NCBI GenBank assembly: GCA_054600435.1
Contig: BAAIJX010000052.1
Span: 62,001 to 126,000 of the forward strand
Source: Neophaeotheca triangularis
Lineage: Eukaryota
DNA: 64,000 nucleotides
Direction: 5' to 3'
Under the pieces are notes generated by a model. The model searched no databases and had not been told where the DNA came from. It was given only the letters and a program-made list of their open reading frames with translations. The translations under genes were made by a program, and so were the position numbers. Positions 13,537 through 25,390 of the stretch are shown here, piece by piece. How positions within the stretch are numbered: position 1 is the stretch's first letter; each line of letters opens with the position of its first letter.

Positions 13537-13550
13537 CGTCACGTGTGACG
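13537..13550. promoter_or_regulatory. GTCACGTG E-box (Cbf1-like) within the near-palindrome CGTCAC-GT-GTGACG in the divergent SPC24/FIS1 promoter
   Basis: Direct motif match; function is inferred. Confidence 0.4.
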
Positions 13551-13671
13551 TAGTCGGGCGGGAAGCAGGTGGTTTCGTGTTTCTGTCAGGCTGCAGCAGA
13601 TTGATGGGGATTACGAGTCCATCGACCCTATTCACCTATTACACACACGCCCCAAGTTCCTATCATCAACC

Positions 13672-14331
13672 ATGGGGAACGAACACTTGCCCTGTAAGTG
13701 TATCCGACTCTTCTTGCCAACTGGAAATGGCATCTACAGAGCCCGACTCGAGCAACATCGGCATGGCTAACCCAATCGTGATACTCCCAGATGCCGCCGA
13801 CGCTGAAAGGTACGCCGTCCCTCTACCATACCAACGCAGACCTTATCGCTGCTCATAGCCATCACCACACCCTTCGGGCCTACCCGCTGACATGAGACCA
13901 CCAGCCCCCTAAAACCGGCCGAACTGCAAGTCCTGCGCGCCCAGTACGAAAAAGAGGGCGAATACGTCTCGCTGCAGACGAAATTCAACTACGCTTGGGG
14001 CCTGATCAAATCCTCGACCCGCTCCGAGAACCAAGAAGGCGTGGTTCTTTTGTCGGAGATTTTCCGCGCTTCGCCCGACCGCCGCCGCGAATGCCTCTAT
14101 TACTTGGCGCTGGGCAATTACAAGTTGGGGAATTATGCCGAGGCGAGGAGGTATAATGATAGTTTGTTGGAGTTGGAGGAGGGGAATATGCAGGCGGAGA
14201 GTTTAAGGAAGTTGATTGATGAGAAGGTTGCTAGGGAGGGGTTGGTTGGGGCGGCGATTGTGGGGGGTTTGGCTGTTGCGGCGGGCGTCGTCGGGAGTCT
14301 GGTTTTCAAGGGGGCTCAGAGGAAGAGGTGA
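13672..14331 (+). CDS. FIS1: Mitochondrial fission protein Fis1; introns 13694-13790 and 13810-13904, with a 19-nt internal exon
   Basis: [27 protein letters not shown]...[13 protein letters not shown]...[19 protein letters not shown], followed by a C-terminal TM anchor and basic tail. Confidence 0.96.
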
Positions 14332-15322
14332 GAGAGTGGATGTGGAAATGGGAGTGGGTTTGGAAGGGAGGATCGTGTATTGTACTGCGAGATACGGCCG
14401 AGGGGCGAGTGTTGTTTGATTGCTCGCCAAGGATACCATTTGTGCATATGGAGTTTTGGGGCTTCTCGGAACACGAACATGGACGTTTGCGCACACACTG
14501 CATAGAGCACCTCACACAACAGCAGCAACGCTGCAAGCTGCGGTCTTGAATTGTTGCAATGTGTGACCGGCTTCTTGGGTTCCGTCGGACACTTATGGCA
14601 ATGCGTTCTTTCCGCCTTGTGGCAAAAGTCGCATGTGTAATGAATGAATAGTACAGTACCATTTGGAAGAGTGCTCGACGAGCGATGTTGCACGCCAACG
14701 TTGGATCGATGTACGAGGCGATTTGGTTCATGTGTGGTAGAGGGGGGCTTGGCCAAGCAGCGATTTGCAGGGGTCACAGGGGCGTAGGGCTCTTGATCAA
14801 TAAAACTGGGGAGAGATTACCGAACATCAGCGCCAGTTTGATTGAGTCCTTGACGTCCAAAGCACACCTTCAGCTGTCCACGGGTATTATTGTTGTTATA
14901 AAACAAGTCATCAGCCTGCGGACAACTCAAGATAACAAGCTCGTCTCGTCTCGCCTCGTCTCCTCTCACTCCATCCCGTCTCGCCTTTCGAATCCTGACG
15001 TCTTCGATTCGGCACAAATCTCAAAACACTCCACGCGATACCTGCACACCTCCGGAATAGGGCGCGTTCAGGAACTACTTACACAGGATATACGATACAT
15101 ACGCTACATACGCTATTTGCGCTGATCCTGCTATTCACTCGGCTCTACCCCTGGCGCCGTCGCCAGATCGATCTGTACAACCGTTACGCTAGCCGCACCA
15201 GGCTAGTAGGCTACATCTACGCATCATAAACTCTATCTCTTCACACTTGTACCTACCTCCTAGGCTTACCTTTTAGGTATACTCGACTCCACCGGATCTG
15301 GCCGGCCGTTCCCTCTGCCACG

Positions 15323-16423
15323 ATGAATAACAACAACAACAACCATTACTTCAACAACAATCACCCCCTTCACAACACCACCAATCTCGCCCAAGCTTCC
15401 TGGGCCTTTGACCCTCCACCCGCTCCCTCAGCCTCATCCTACCGCAACAACGGCACCTCCTCTGCTGCCCGCCAACAAGCCGCCCAGCCTCGATACCCTC
15501 CCCCTCCCGCTTCTTCCAGCAATCCCTTCGTCTTCGGCGCCTCCGCCAATCCAATGATGGACACTGGCTATGACGATCGGGGCGTCCCCGCCCCTCCCCC
15601 TCTCACAACCGACTCCAACTTCGACATAATAGAATGGCACCCGGCCTACCAAAGCTGCCAACGCTACTTCCTCGACCACGCCCAACACGAGCCCGCAACC
15701 CAAGCCCTCTGCGCCTTAATCAACATCCGACTTCCCTTTCAGTGGCTCCAGAATCCCATCTACTCCTCCACACCCCCTCACCAAAATCAACACCAATCCC
15801 AATCCCAACCAAACCCCAACCCCTTCGCCCAAAACCCCAATCCTAGCCGCTCCTACAGCGGCCCTCTCAACTCCTCCAATCGCTCCAGCCGCCCCACCAA
15901 CGACCCTCCAGTCTTCATCTCCCTAATCCCCTACCTCCGCCGCCTCTGCATCACCGGCTTCGACAAACCCCCCATCCTCCACGGCCTCTTCGGCGACGAC
16001 TATACCCGCGGTATTCTCCCGCACCTCGATTGCGAACGCAGAAACTACCTCTTCGCTTCCAAATCCGCCGGCTGGGCAACCTGCAAAAGCCAGTACGATG
16101 CTGGATCCTCTGGTGGTGTCGATGGGCTTGATGAGACTGTGCCGTTTATGAAACCGCTCGATGAGGCCAGTGCGGAGGAGTTGGCCGCGGCCGAGAAGGC
16201 TTGGAGTCAGTGGTTGGCGATGGAGGATTGGATGGTGGGGCCCAGGGCGCCCGAGGGGGAGGGCCAGGGGGAGGGCCAAGGGGAGGAGACGCTATCGGCG
16301 GGGAGCGGGGGCTGGAACGGGAGGGGCCATGGACGCCATGGCCACGAGCCTGGGCATGGGCAGGGTGGCTTTCAGCAGAGCAGCGGGAGGGGTATGCATC
16401 CCGAGTTGCCGGATGGGCTGTGA
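15323..16423 (+). CDS. Conserved Pezizomycotina hypothetical protein of unknown function
   Basis: 366-aa ORF with globular blocks FDIIEWHPAYQSCQRYFLDHAQH and SLIPYLRRLCITGFD...ERRNYLFASKS between low-complexity linkers. The family is recalled from filamentous ascomycetes. Confidence 0.85.
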   Translation: MNNNNNNHYFNNNHPLHNTTNLAQASWAFDPPPAPSASSYRNNGTSSAARQQAAQPRYPPPPASSSNPFVFGASANPMMDTGYDDRGVPAPPPLTTDSNFDIIEWHPAYQSCQRYFLDHAQHEPATQALCALINIRLPFQWLQNPIYSSTPPHQNQHQSQSQPNPNPFAQNPNPSRSYSGPLNSSNRSSRPTNDPPVFISLIPYLRRLCITGFDKPPILHGLFGDDYTRGILPHLDCERRNYLFASKSAGWATCKSQYDAGSSGGVDGLDETVPFMKPLDEASAEELAAAEKAWSQWLAMEDWMVGPRAPEGEGQGEGQGEETLSAGSGGWNGRGHGRHGHEPGHGQGGFQQSSGRGMHPELPDGL

Positions 16424-17321
16424 GACGTCTTCTGCTGACCGTGGTTTCACGACTCGCTGTCCTACCCAGCGGGGGTGATAGACGCACTTTCGGGAGGACT
16501 CCCGACAAAGTCTTTGCCTCAGCCCACCAGTAGTGGAGATTGCAATGCAAAGAGCGGCCCTGGCTCTGCCCGAGGCCCTAGGCAGGCCTGAGGCAGCGCC
16601 TTGAAAGCCAGGCTCTCGCACCTGCCTAGCTCGAGTTGGAAAAAAAAGGTGCACGAAACACCCACCACCTTAGGCTCGACCTGAAAGCCAGACAAAAGGG
16701 AGACCCCGCTGAGAGTCTTGATAGCGCACGGCAGCGCTAGTAGGCTTGGGCGCCGATTCGACCAAGTGGGCAGTGTAGGGCCTTGAGCAAGCCGCCCTAT
16801 TATTCGGCTAAAACGAGCAAACAAGCAAGCGAGCTACTTGGAAATCACCGCGAACCGCAGTAAGCCATTGGGTAGCCAGAGAGCTGGAAAGCCCCGTGTA
16901 GTACCAGAGCGGTTCGTACTGTCAGTGCAACCTTCAAGGGTAGATGGGTTTGCTCGATCAAAGTCGTCCTATTCCCGTTTTTAGAGAAAGGCCGGGACGA
17001 TACACCACGGCACACAGGCAAAGTAGCAAGCAAATCAGTTGTCAATACACAGTTTTCAATTTCATGCATATGGGTATCTCCGTGAGGTTCGAGGACAAAC
17101 CCGTTCTCAGGCCTCACTCAATTGCCCTTGATCGCCCTCTTGCCCACTCACTATACAGTCCATCCCATGCCATCCTAGCGCCTTGCCCGTTTACAATTTG
17201 CCGCCATTCATGTTCCCGATCCAAAGTTCGCACCCCCAATACAAGCGCCGATTGCAAACCCGCACAGCGTCTGTTCGACCCCACAGCGCATTAATTGCCC
17301 AGGTTTCTTCTCTGTTCATGC

Positions 17322-20300
17322 TCATCTCCTTCCCCAACCGCCGCCACCACCGGCTTCATTCCTTTCATAACCCCTCTCATGCCCCTGCCCATACCCCTGT
17401 CCGTGCCTATGTGTCGGCCTGACAGTCCCATACCCCTGCTGCTGCTGAGGGAAGTACTCCCCCTGCCCTTGGCCCTGAGCGCCCCCATTCGCAACTGTAG
17501 CCTGCACCGCCGGTCCCAGAGCCGCCGAAAGCGGCGTAGCGGGTACGGGAGTGGTGTAGCCACTTCCGGCAGCGCTAGCTGAAGTGCTAGTGTTGGCCGT
17601 AGTGCTGCCGAAGGAGGAGTTGAAACTGCTGAAAGCGGCGGGAGTGGAGCGGGAGTCTGTGGAGACAAAGGATGAAGGGGCGGTGGAAGCGGCCGAGGAC
17701 ATGGACAGGTACGGCTGTGGTTGTCGGATTGCTGATTGGTAGAGGGGTGAGTCGGAGATTGTTTTGCTGACTTCTTTGACGATGCGTTGAATGGGTTTCA
17801 TGAGCGTGCGCAGGGATTGGATGTCGATGCGTTGTTGGCCGATTTCTTTGACTTCGGTAGCAAGGTCTGCCCAGCTCTAGGGAGGGTGTTAGTAGGACAG
17901 AATAATTGGGCAGTGTGTGTATTGCAACACCTACCTGAACGAATGAATCGCAGTGGGACCAGAAATCTCGCTGGCTTCGCACGACTGGATCGTTGACTTT
18001 GATGTTGGCCAGGCGGTTCATGAGAGCCGTGTTGGATATCGCGACCGAATCGCATTTCGTGAGAACCAGAGACCACCACTGGCTGGTAGTGTGCCCTGAT
18101 CCTAGACTCTCAGCGTGTTCTTTGCGATAGCTGAACTCGCTGTGGCATTGAGGCAATGCGCGAGACATTGTATCGGTGGCGTTGCGGAGTTTGAAAAAGA
18201 TTCGCTCGAACTCTTCTGTGTCGTCTTCGTGCGAATGAGGTTGCATCGTAGGGGCACGTGAAGGGGCTGCTGAGGAAGAAGTGCTCATCGAGTTGTAATA
18301 AGATTCGCCAGACCGAGGGGTCGCTGCCTGCACGGGGGTCGTAGAAGTAAAAGTATTCGAACGGCTGCCATGCAGCGAGACTACCGGAGGTTTTGCGCGC
18401 TGAAAGCTCGTCGGATCCTGCCTTATAGTTGCTGCCCTGTTGCGTCTGCCGCCCGCGACCGGCTTCACTTGGGTGGGCGTGGCGGTGCGGCTGCTCCAGC
18501 TTTTGGACGTTCGTGTGCGGGTATCTGTGGGTTTGACGAACATGCCCAAGAATTTGCAAACATTGCGTGCTTCCGTCATGCCGTAAAAGGCACGCATCAT
18601 CAACTCGCGCACGTACATGGCATTTTGGCCCGACACTGAGGGCCGAACGTAGCGTCTTAATGTGCCAACAATCGCGGCGTAACTCTTCACGGCGGCCATT
18701 GACATTGCAACAACATCCCGAAAAGCTTCCTGTTCTTGCTTCGTTCCAGTTATTAGATTGTTCGCGATGCGATCGAGCAAGCGTTCTAGATCATCGAGTC
18801 GGGTACCGACGTCGAGGAGATTGCGCTCGAAAGCATGGCGTTGCGGCGAGTTCTGCTCGAGGGTTCGGCCCACGGGTACAATGCTTTGATGGAGACCATG
18901 CAGGATGTGCAGTAATCGCTTTCCTGCCTCGACCGCATCGCTGGTCTGTAGACGCGAATTGCGACTTTCCGGGAGGCTTTCGAGGCCTTGACCAGCGTTG
19001 AATCTTCCTACCTGGCCGTCGACAGGGCTCATACCACCAGAAGAATCGTCGCCATTGCTTGCAGCGAGGTATCCATTGAGGGAAGATGCTATACTTGAGT
19101 GATTGGCATGTTCAGGCTTGATTGTTGACGCTGTGCTCGAACGGCTTGAAGTCCGGCTAACGGTATCGACAGGCGTGGCACTCCGGTTCGTCCTGGTAGG
19201 CACGAACCCCTGTCTCCTCGCACGTAGGCTAGCGGACGACGACACAGTCTCACTCCTACTGCGACTTAGGTCGTTACTGCCGGTCAACAAAGGGGCAATA
19301 CCCGGTCTTTTAGGAGGAAAGAGGCCAGTTTGTGATGTAATGCGTGAGTGGGAGCGCTGTGGTGCTGACGACAGCCCCTCGGACGGTGATCTCGCCGGCT
19401 CAGGAGGGTTCTCAATCCCGCTGACACTAGGTCGAACCGGGAATCGTCCCCCTAGCGTGCGTTTAAGCGGTCGGGGTGTCTCAGCGTTCCTCTCGCTAAA
19501 TATCTTGAGGTAAGTCTTGCGATTCAACTAGACGGGACTTGTCATTGCCAACCTTAGATCTTCTTCAGAGTTCGTTCGGAGCTTCTCTCTAAGCGCTGCC
19601 TGGCGTAGAAATCGTTTAACCTGTTGACATATATCTTTCTCCTGCTCGTACTCGATTGATGTAACGAAGCGGTCTTCTTGCGGCCGTAGTGCCTCCGGAG
19701 GTGGAAACTCGATGGGGTTCTCGTCAAACTTCAGCTTGTTGAGACTGTTCATCTCTCCGAGCGCTAGGGGCAGTCTTGTGATCCTGTTGCGGGCCACTGC
19801 AAGGAACTTGAGAGACGACATGTTCTTGATGTCCTCGGGAACACTAATGATTTTGTTCTTGCTAATGTCAAGAATCTCCAAAGACGATAATTGGAGCACC
19901 TGGTTGCATTAGCATCGAGCCCACATAGGCAGTGACGTGGGGATTCGTACAGCCTCCGGAAAGTGTGTAAGCTCGTTCCACCGCAGGTTGAGGTAGCGAA
20001 GGCGGTTGCACTGCACGATCTGGCGCGGTACGGAGAGGTCTGGGTTGTGCGCTAGAGCGAGTCTGCGTCGCCGACCGTCAGCGCGACGTTCAAATGTACC
20101 CTCACTACCCTACCCGAGGTTGCCGGTGGCATATCGCGTGTCGTGCTGCATACCTTGCTACTTTGTCCTTGATCAGGGCAAACATTTCGTCAGGCAAAGC
20201 ACGAATGCCCGTATGGCTGAGATCCAAGGTCGCGCCATCCTGAGGTAGTTCACCGGCGTCGGCCGCTACCTTTGCCTGCCTCTGATCATGCTCATCCAGC

Positions 20301-20383
20301 TGTTTCTTGGTGTGCTCAATCAATTCCGCATCTGTCATGAGAGGCTTGTGGGCGTACTGAGGAGGGGGAGGATCGGACGCCAT
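17322..20383 (-). CDS. SOG2: RAM/MOR-network leucine-rich-repeat protein Sog2 (Lrg/Lrp1-like); 4 introns
   Basis: N-terminal LRRs (LDLSHTGIRALP, LRYLNLRWNEL, LEILDISKNKI, LKFLAVARNRITRLP), then a helical SOG2 region (FERIFFKLRNAT...RDFWSHCDSFVQSWADL). Confidence 0.88.
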
Positions 20384-20779
20384 GGTCACATAGTATAGCC
20401 GTCGGGAGCTTCAGTCGGCGGTGGCAGACATGAGAAAGGTGCTGTCGAGGGCGTCGACTCGGCGTAGTAGTTGAGGTTGTGGTTGTGGTTGCGGTTGCGG
20501 TTATGGTCGTGGTCGGTGTCGTTGGCGCAACGTCGGGTGCGTGGTGTAGATGCTGTGAATGTGCAAGTGATGTGCAGTACCTCAACTTCCAATCATGCTA
20601 TACAAGCCCCGAATTGCAGCCGCCTCATGCAGGTACATGCACAAAAGCACGCTAGCAACACTAGCGCCAACCGTCGCCGATTGTTACAAGACTTACCTAC
20701 TGTACCAAGAATTGCAACACTCGACTCACCCTCGTGAGAGCTACTGTACCTAGACTAGACACCACCTCTCAATGGCTCG

Positions 20780-22063
20780 ATGACCCTTCGCCACCAAATA
20801 TATCGCCGCGCCTCCATCGCGCATGCTCGCCCATGGCAGAAGAGAGCCCTGTCCAGCGCTGTCCTTGACCGGCTAAAGGACCCAGTACAGGCCTATATCT
20901 CGAACTCTCGAGATGCTTATCTCAACCTTTCTATTGAGCATTACCTGCTACAAAACGCTCATGTCGATTCCAAAGTACTCTTCATGTACGTCAATCGGCC
21001 AAGCATTATCATAGGTCGGAACCAGAATCCATGGCTGGAGGCGAACATAGCACTCCTGAAAGCAGCCAATGGCAATCTTCAAGCGGAACCGCCTGGCCTG
21101 GGAAATGTGGACCTAGTCCGGCGCCGTAGTGGAGGTGGTACTGTCTTTCATGATGAAGGCAACGTCAACTGGACAGTAATCTGCCCTACGGAGCACTTCA
21201 CGCGCGACAAGCACGCCGAAACCGTTGTGCAAGCCCTCAGGAGACTCGGGGTCGATCGTGCCAGAGTCAACAAGCGACACGATATCGTGTTAGACCAGGG
21301 CTCGTACAAAGGGGAAGTCCAGGACCAGAGCACACATAACACACCCTACCGACGAGTAGGCCCAGATGGACCGCGACCTCTAAAAGTATCTGGCTCAGCG
21401 TACAAACTCACCAGAGCACGAGCTTTACACCACGGGACGTGTCTACTGAACAGTCCTAACTTGAACGTCATTCCTGATTATTTGCACTCGCCTTCGAGGC
21501 CTTTCCTTCAAGCGAGAGGCGTGGACAGTGTCAGCTCTCCAGTTGGCAACATACTGGTAAACCAGAATGGATTTATTCATAATGTCAGGGAGGAGTTCGC
21601 ACGCATGTACGAAACGAAGCATCACGCCATCACCGACACTACCGTTGGTGAAGAATGGCTTGAAGTCGACAGCATCCGCAAGGGTTACGAAGAGCTGAAG
21701 GTTTGTACAATCAGCCGCATTTTAACCCGCATCTGTAGCTAACACGCTGTATAGTCTTTGGACTGGACCTTTCTGCAGACTCCGCAGTTTACATTGCAGT
21801 CATGGCCTTCTGGATTTCGACCACAAGAGGCCATACCCCGAATATCCTTGGTAGCCCGCTATGGCCAAATCACAGAGATGCAAATCGAGTCGACACAAAG
21901 CTCTGGCGAACCCACGAGCTTCGATGTCTCACGACTTATTGGCAAACAAATACACCGCATAGACGACTGGGCCAGCGGTATTACCAATGTAGAGGGCGAA
22001 TCTCTCACCAGGGAAAAGAACGCTGCCGTAAGATGGCTTGAGACGATGCTCCCGACACCTTGA
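20780..22063 (+). CDS. AIM22: Mitochondrial lipoate-protein ligase A (Aim22/Lip3); intron 21701-21754
   Basis: Motifs YLNLSIEHYL, IIIGRNQNPWLE, RRRSGGGTVFHDEGN, KVSGSAYKL and HHGTCL, plus an Arg-rich presequence. Confidence 0.93.
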
Positions 22064-24249
22064 TCAGATCAAATCTGTATCTGATCTTAGAAGGCCTAGA
22101 TTGTGGTCGAGCAGAGGAAGATTGAGAACTGCACCTAACGGGCTAACTCAAAATTCTCGTCGTGACAAAGCTGATGTCTCGGCTGGTACCCCCACCGGTG
22201 ACCGCTTCGGGGCTCAAATTTATTGATAACGAACCAACTCAGCGATGCTTCGGCTTTCTTCTCACCATCTTACACATGCATCAACCAAGGCCACACCATG
22301 AAATTCCACACGCAGCTGGCTGCCGCGAACCAACTTCCCTAGCCTGAGGTTGCGAACGTAGACGCGCTAATGCCCTGAGTTTCCCCTCTTCTCGTGGTCT
22401 CAATCAGCGCTGCTGGTACTGCTTGAATTCTTCATCGGAGCTACGACTCCTTCCTATGAGTAACACTTATCTGCGTCTGACTGGCTATCACCATGCAGCT
22501 ATCCTCGACATGCTGGCACAAGCCTCGCCACAGAGTTTTCAAGCATGAAAGCAAACCGTATGGCGCATTAGTATCGTCCTCCAATTCCCTTTTCCATTTT
22601 ATTCGTTCTACGCTTTCTTCCTCGGACCATGTCATTGATGGCCGGGATTTTAGCACCGGAACGGCGCGCCAGTTTGTCGCTGCTTACGAAGTCGCAATAC
22701 GCATCGACGAATTGCCTGCTTACCCTATCGACGGGCACCCCTCTCCGGGCGCTGTGAAACAGCGACTGCTTGCTCGCGGCATGCCTAGAAGTTGAGGGTC
22801 GAAGGCTGTCATGATGATGCCGAGGGAGAAGAAGATGGGCCATGCTGCGGCCTAGAGGCTAGCGGTAGAGCTTTAGGGTGGCAAGGAAGCAGAGTTGGGC
22901 TTCTGGCAGAATCGCGGCTCTACCATTGTCGAGTGGTCCAGGAACGGAGTCTTTGATTCACTGGGGTGGAGCTTTTATTTGAACCGCGCTGTTCTGTATC
23001 GCTACTTGAAGGTGTGTGTTGGTCCTGGTTTGCTAGATCGAAGACTGAGATGGAGTTGAATTGAAGGAGGCGATAAGTCGTTACTACTGTCGTACAATAG
23101 TTCTGGTACCAACACCAGGCTCCTATCGAGCTGAGTATATCAGGTCCAGATGCGATAGTGCTGTCGTCGCGCTATAAGGACAAAGTGCTCTTTCCGCAGT
23201 GAACTCATAAATCAAGAATCCGACGAAGCAGCTGCGGACTTGCACAATAAGACCTAACGGGCGAACCTGGGTGGCTGCCACCGGACCTCAGCAACGGCTC
23301 GTCTTCTCTTATATGTTCATCCATGTATACTGGAGAGATACAGATAGACGAGACAAGTGTTCAGTGCTAGAGTTTGGGCACGTCCGGAGCACGGACCTCG
23401 GCCAGGACCCCTCCCAAAGCTGCTCCAGTCTCCTTCTGATATATCTCTTTTACTCCATGGCAAGATGTCATCGCAAAAGAACCTCGATTATGGCAATGCG
23501 AAAAATACCGGGAAATGCTTGGTCGAACGACTATCCGCGCCACTTTCGGTCCTCTCTCAGTCGGCTCTGTCCACCCCCCGGAAGAGCCGCACTATCGTAC
23601 CTCCTGTGCCTCTCATCGCGCCTCGCGGACGCCTTTCCGAGAGAATCGAGATCCTCATCGAGCGCGGAAACAAAATTCGCTACAAACCGAGCACGGAGCG
23701 TGATATCTTCCTTGATCTTGTTCCAGCGGCTGCCAACAATGGCCTCTCCTTGCTACTTGATGATACGGCTTCGCCCTGACCCCCAGTGCCTACGCCATCT
23801 GGATAGCAAAACAATAGAGCACTCTTGTCATCGCCAACGAAATGCGGACAGGCTGTAACAGACTGAGAGGCATAGCCAGCGCATCCAGCGTGTCGAGCCT
23901 TGGCGTTTCAAAGGTCAATTAAGCGCCCGCGCGAACCTATAGATGTTTGCTGTTCCACGTAACGACACTTCCTCCTATACGGATCCCAAGACTGGAAGTT
24001 CAACAAGCCTTTGGTTTTGGAGCCTCATTGACATTGTCTTGACGAACTATCCTCAGCTCGTACCACCGCTGTGACTTCACTATCGCGAAAAAGCAACGTT
24101 ACCTGGTGACTGACTTGAAAGAATGGCATTAGGTAGGTATTCACTACCATAGTGCGGTGTTAAGTAGCTAGCGTTTATACCTACATCAACGACAACTTCT
24201 TTCAAATCACTCCCCTCTCCTCCAACTCGACTTGCCATTCTGCTTCAAC

Positions 24250-25390
24250 ATGTTTCGGCAAATCATCACCCTCTCATTTTCTCTCCTATCCCTCGTCTCA
24301 CTCACCTCAGCGTCTGTAGCTTCAAGATGGAAGTATCTCGGTCCGGCTTTGGACGCTGCAGCTGTAATGAACGACGAATGGTACGATCCAGAGACCGGCC
24401 GTTGGCAGAGGAGATGGTGGAACTCTGGTAGCGTCACCACGACTCTGGCAGACCTGGTCTCAATCAATACCGATGCGCTACTGCCCTGGTACAACTATTA
24501 CTTCGAGAATACCTACCGAGTAGCCCCCAAACCGCAGGGGAGCAACTTCCGCAACGAGTTCTACGACGACGAAGGCTGGTGGGCATTGGTAAGTAGTAAA
24601 CAAGCCCCTGGAGACCCTTCGGAGAACCATCTCAACTGACACTGACCCTCAGGCATGGATCAAAGTCCACGACCTCACCTCCAACAAGACCTACCTCGAA
24701 ACAGCAGAAGACCTCTTCGAAGACATGAACACCGCCAAAACAGCGAGCTGCGGCGGTCTCTGGTGGAAAAAAGACCGCAAAGAAAACAACTCGATAACCA
24801 ACGCCCTCTACCTCCAAGTCGCCGCAGCGCTCGCAGAACGCGTGCCCTCCGAGTCCAAATCCAAAACCTACTGCGCCCAGGCCATCGAGCACGCCGAATG
24901 GTTTTTATCCTCAGGCTTGATCAACGCCGAAAACACCGTCGCCGACAGCCTCTCAGTCGAGACTTGCCTCCCAGCTGGGCCTAACTTTTCTTACAACAAC
25001 GGCGCCACCATTGCAGGTTTAGTGGAAATCTACCTTCACCTCGGGGAGATCAGGTACCTCGACACGGCGACGAGAATCGCTCATGGTGTGCTGCAGACTC
25101 TGACCGACGGCCACGGCATCCTCGTTGAGCACACGTACCCCGACGACATGGATCCGAATTCCGCGCAGTTCAAGGGAGTGTTTGCGCGCAGTCTTGCCGC
25201 ATTGCATAAAGTGAGACCTGAGCCGGTTTTCGCGGACTTCTTGCGTCGGAATGCCGATGCCATCATCAAGAGCGACACTGATGAGAAAGGGAGGCTGGGG
25301 CCACATTGGCAGGGTCCATCGTTCGAGGCTGATGTCTCGAGTCATAGTTCAGCGTTGGATTGTCTAGTAGCTGCTGCGGCTGTTTCTTGA
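24250..25390 (+). CDS. Secreted glycoside hydrolase family 76 (alpha-1,6-mannanase-like); intron 24589-24652
   Basis: Signal peptide MFRQIITLSFSLLSLVSLTSASVA, WWNSG, catalytic FYDDEGWWALAW, CGGLWW, NSITNALY, FSYNNG and QFKGVFAR. Confidence 0.93.

Noticed and set aside
16587..16612. Hammerhead-like CUGA...GAAA
   Set aside because: It lacks the CUGANGA core and the correct stem arrangement.
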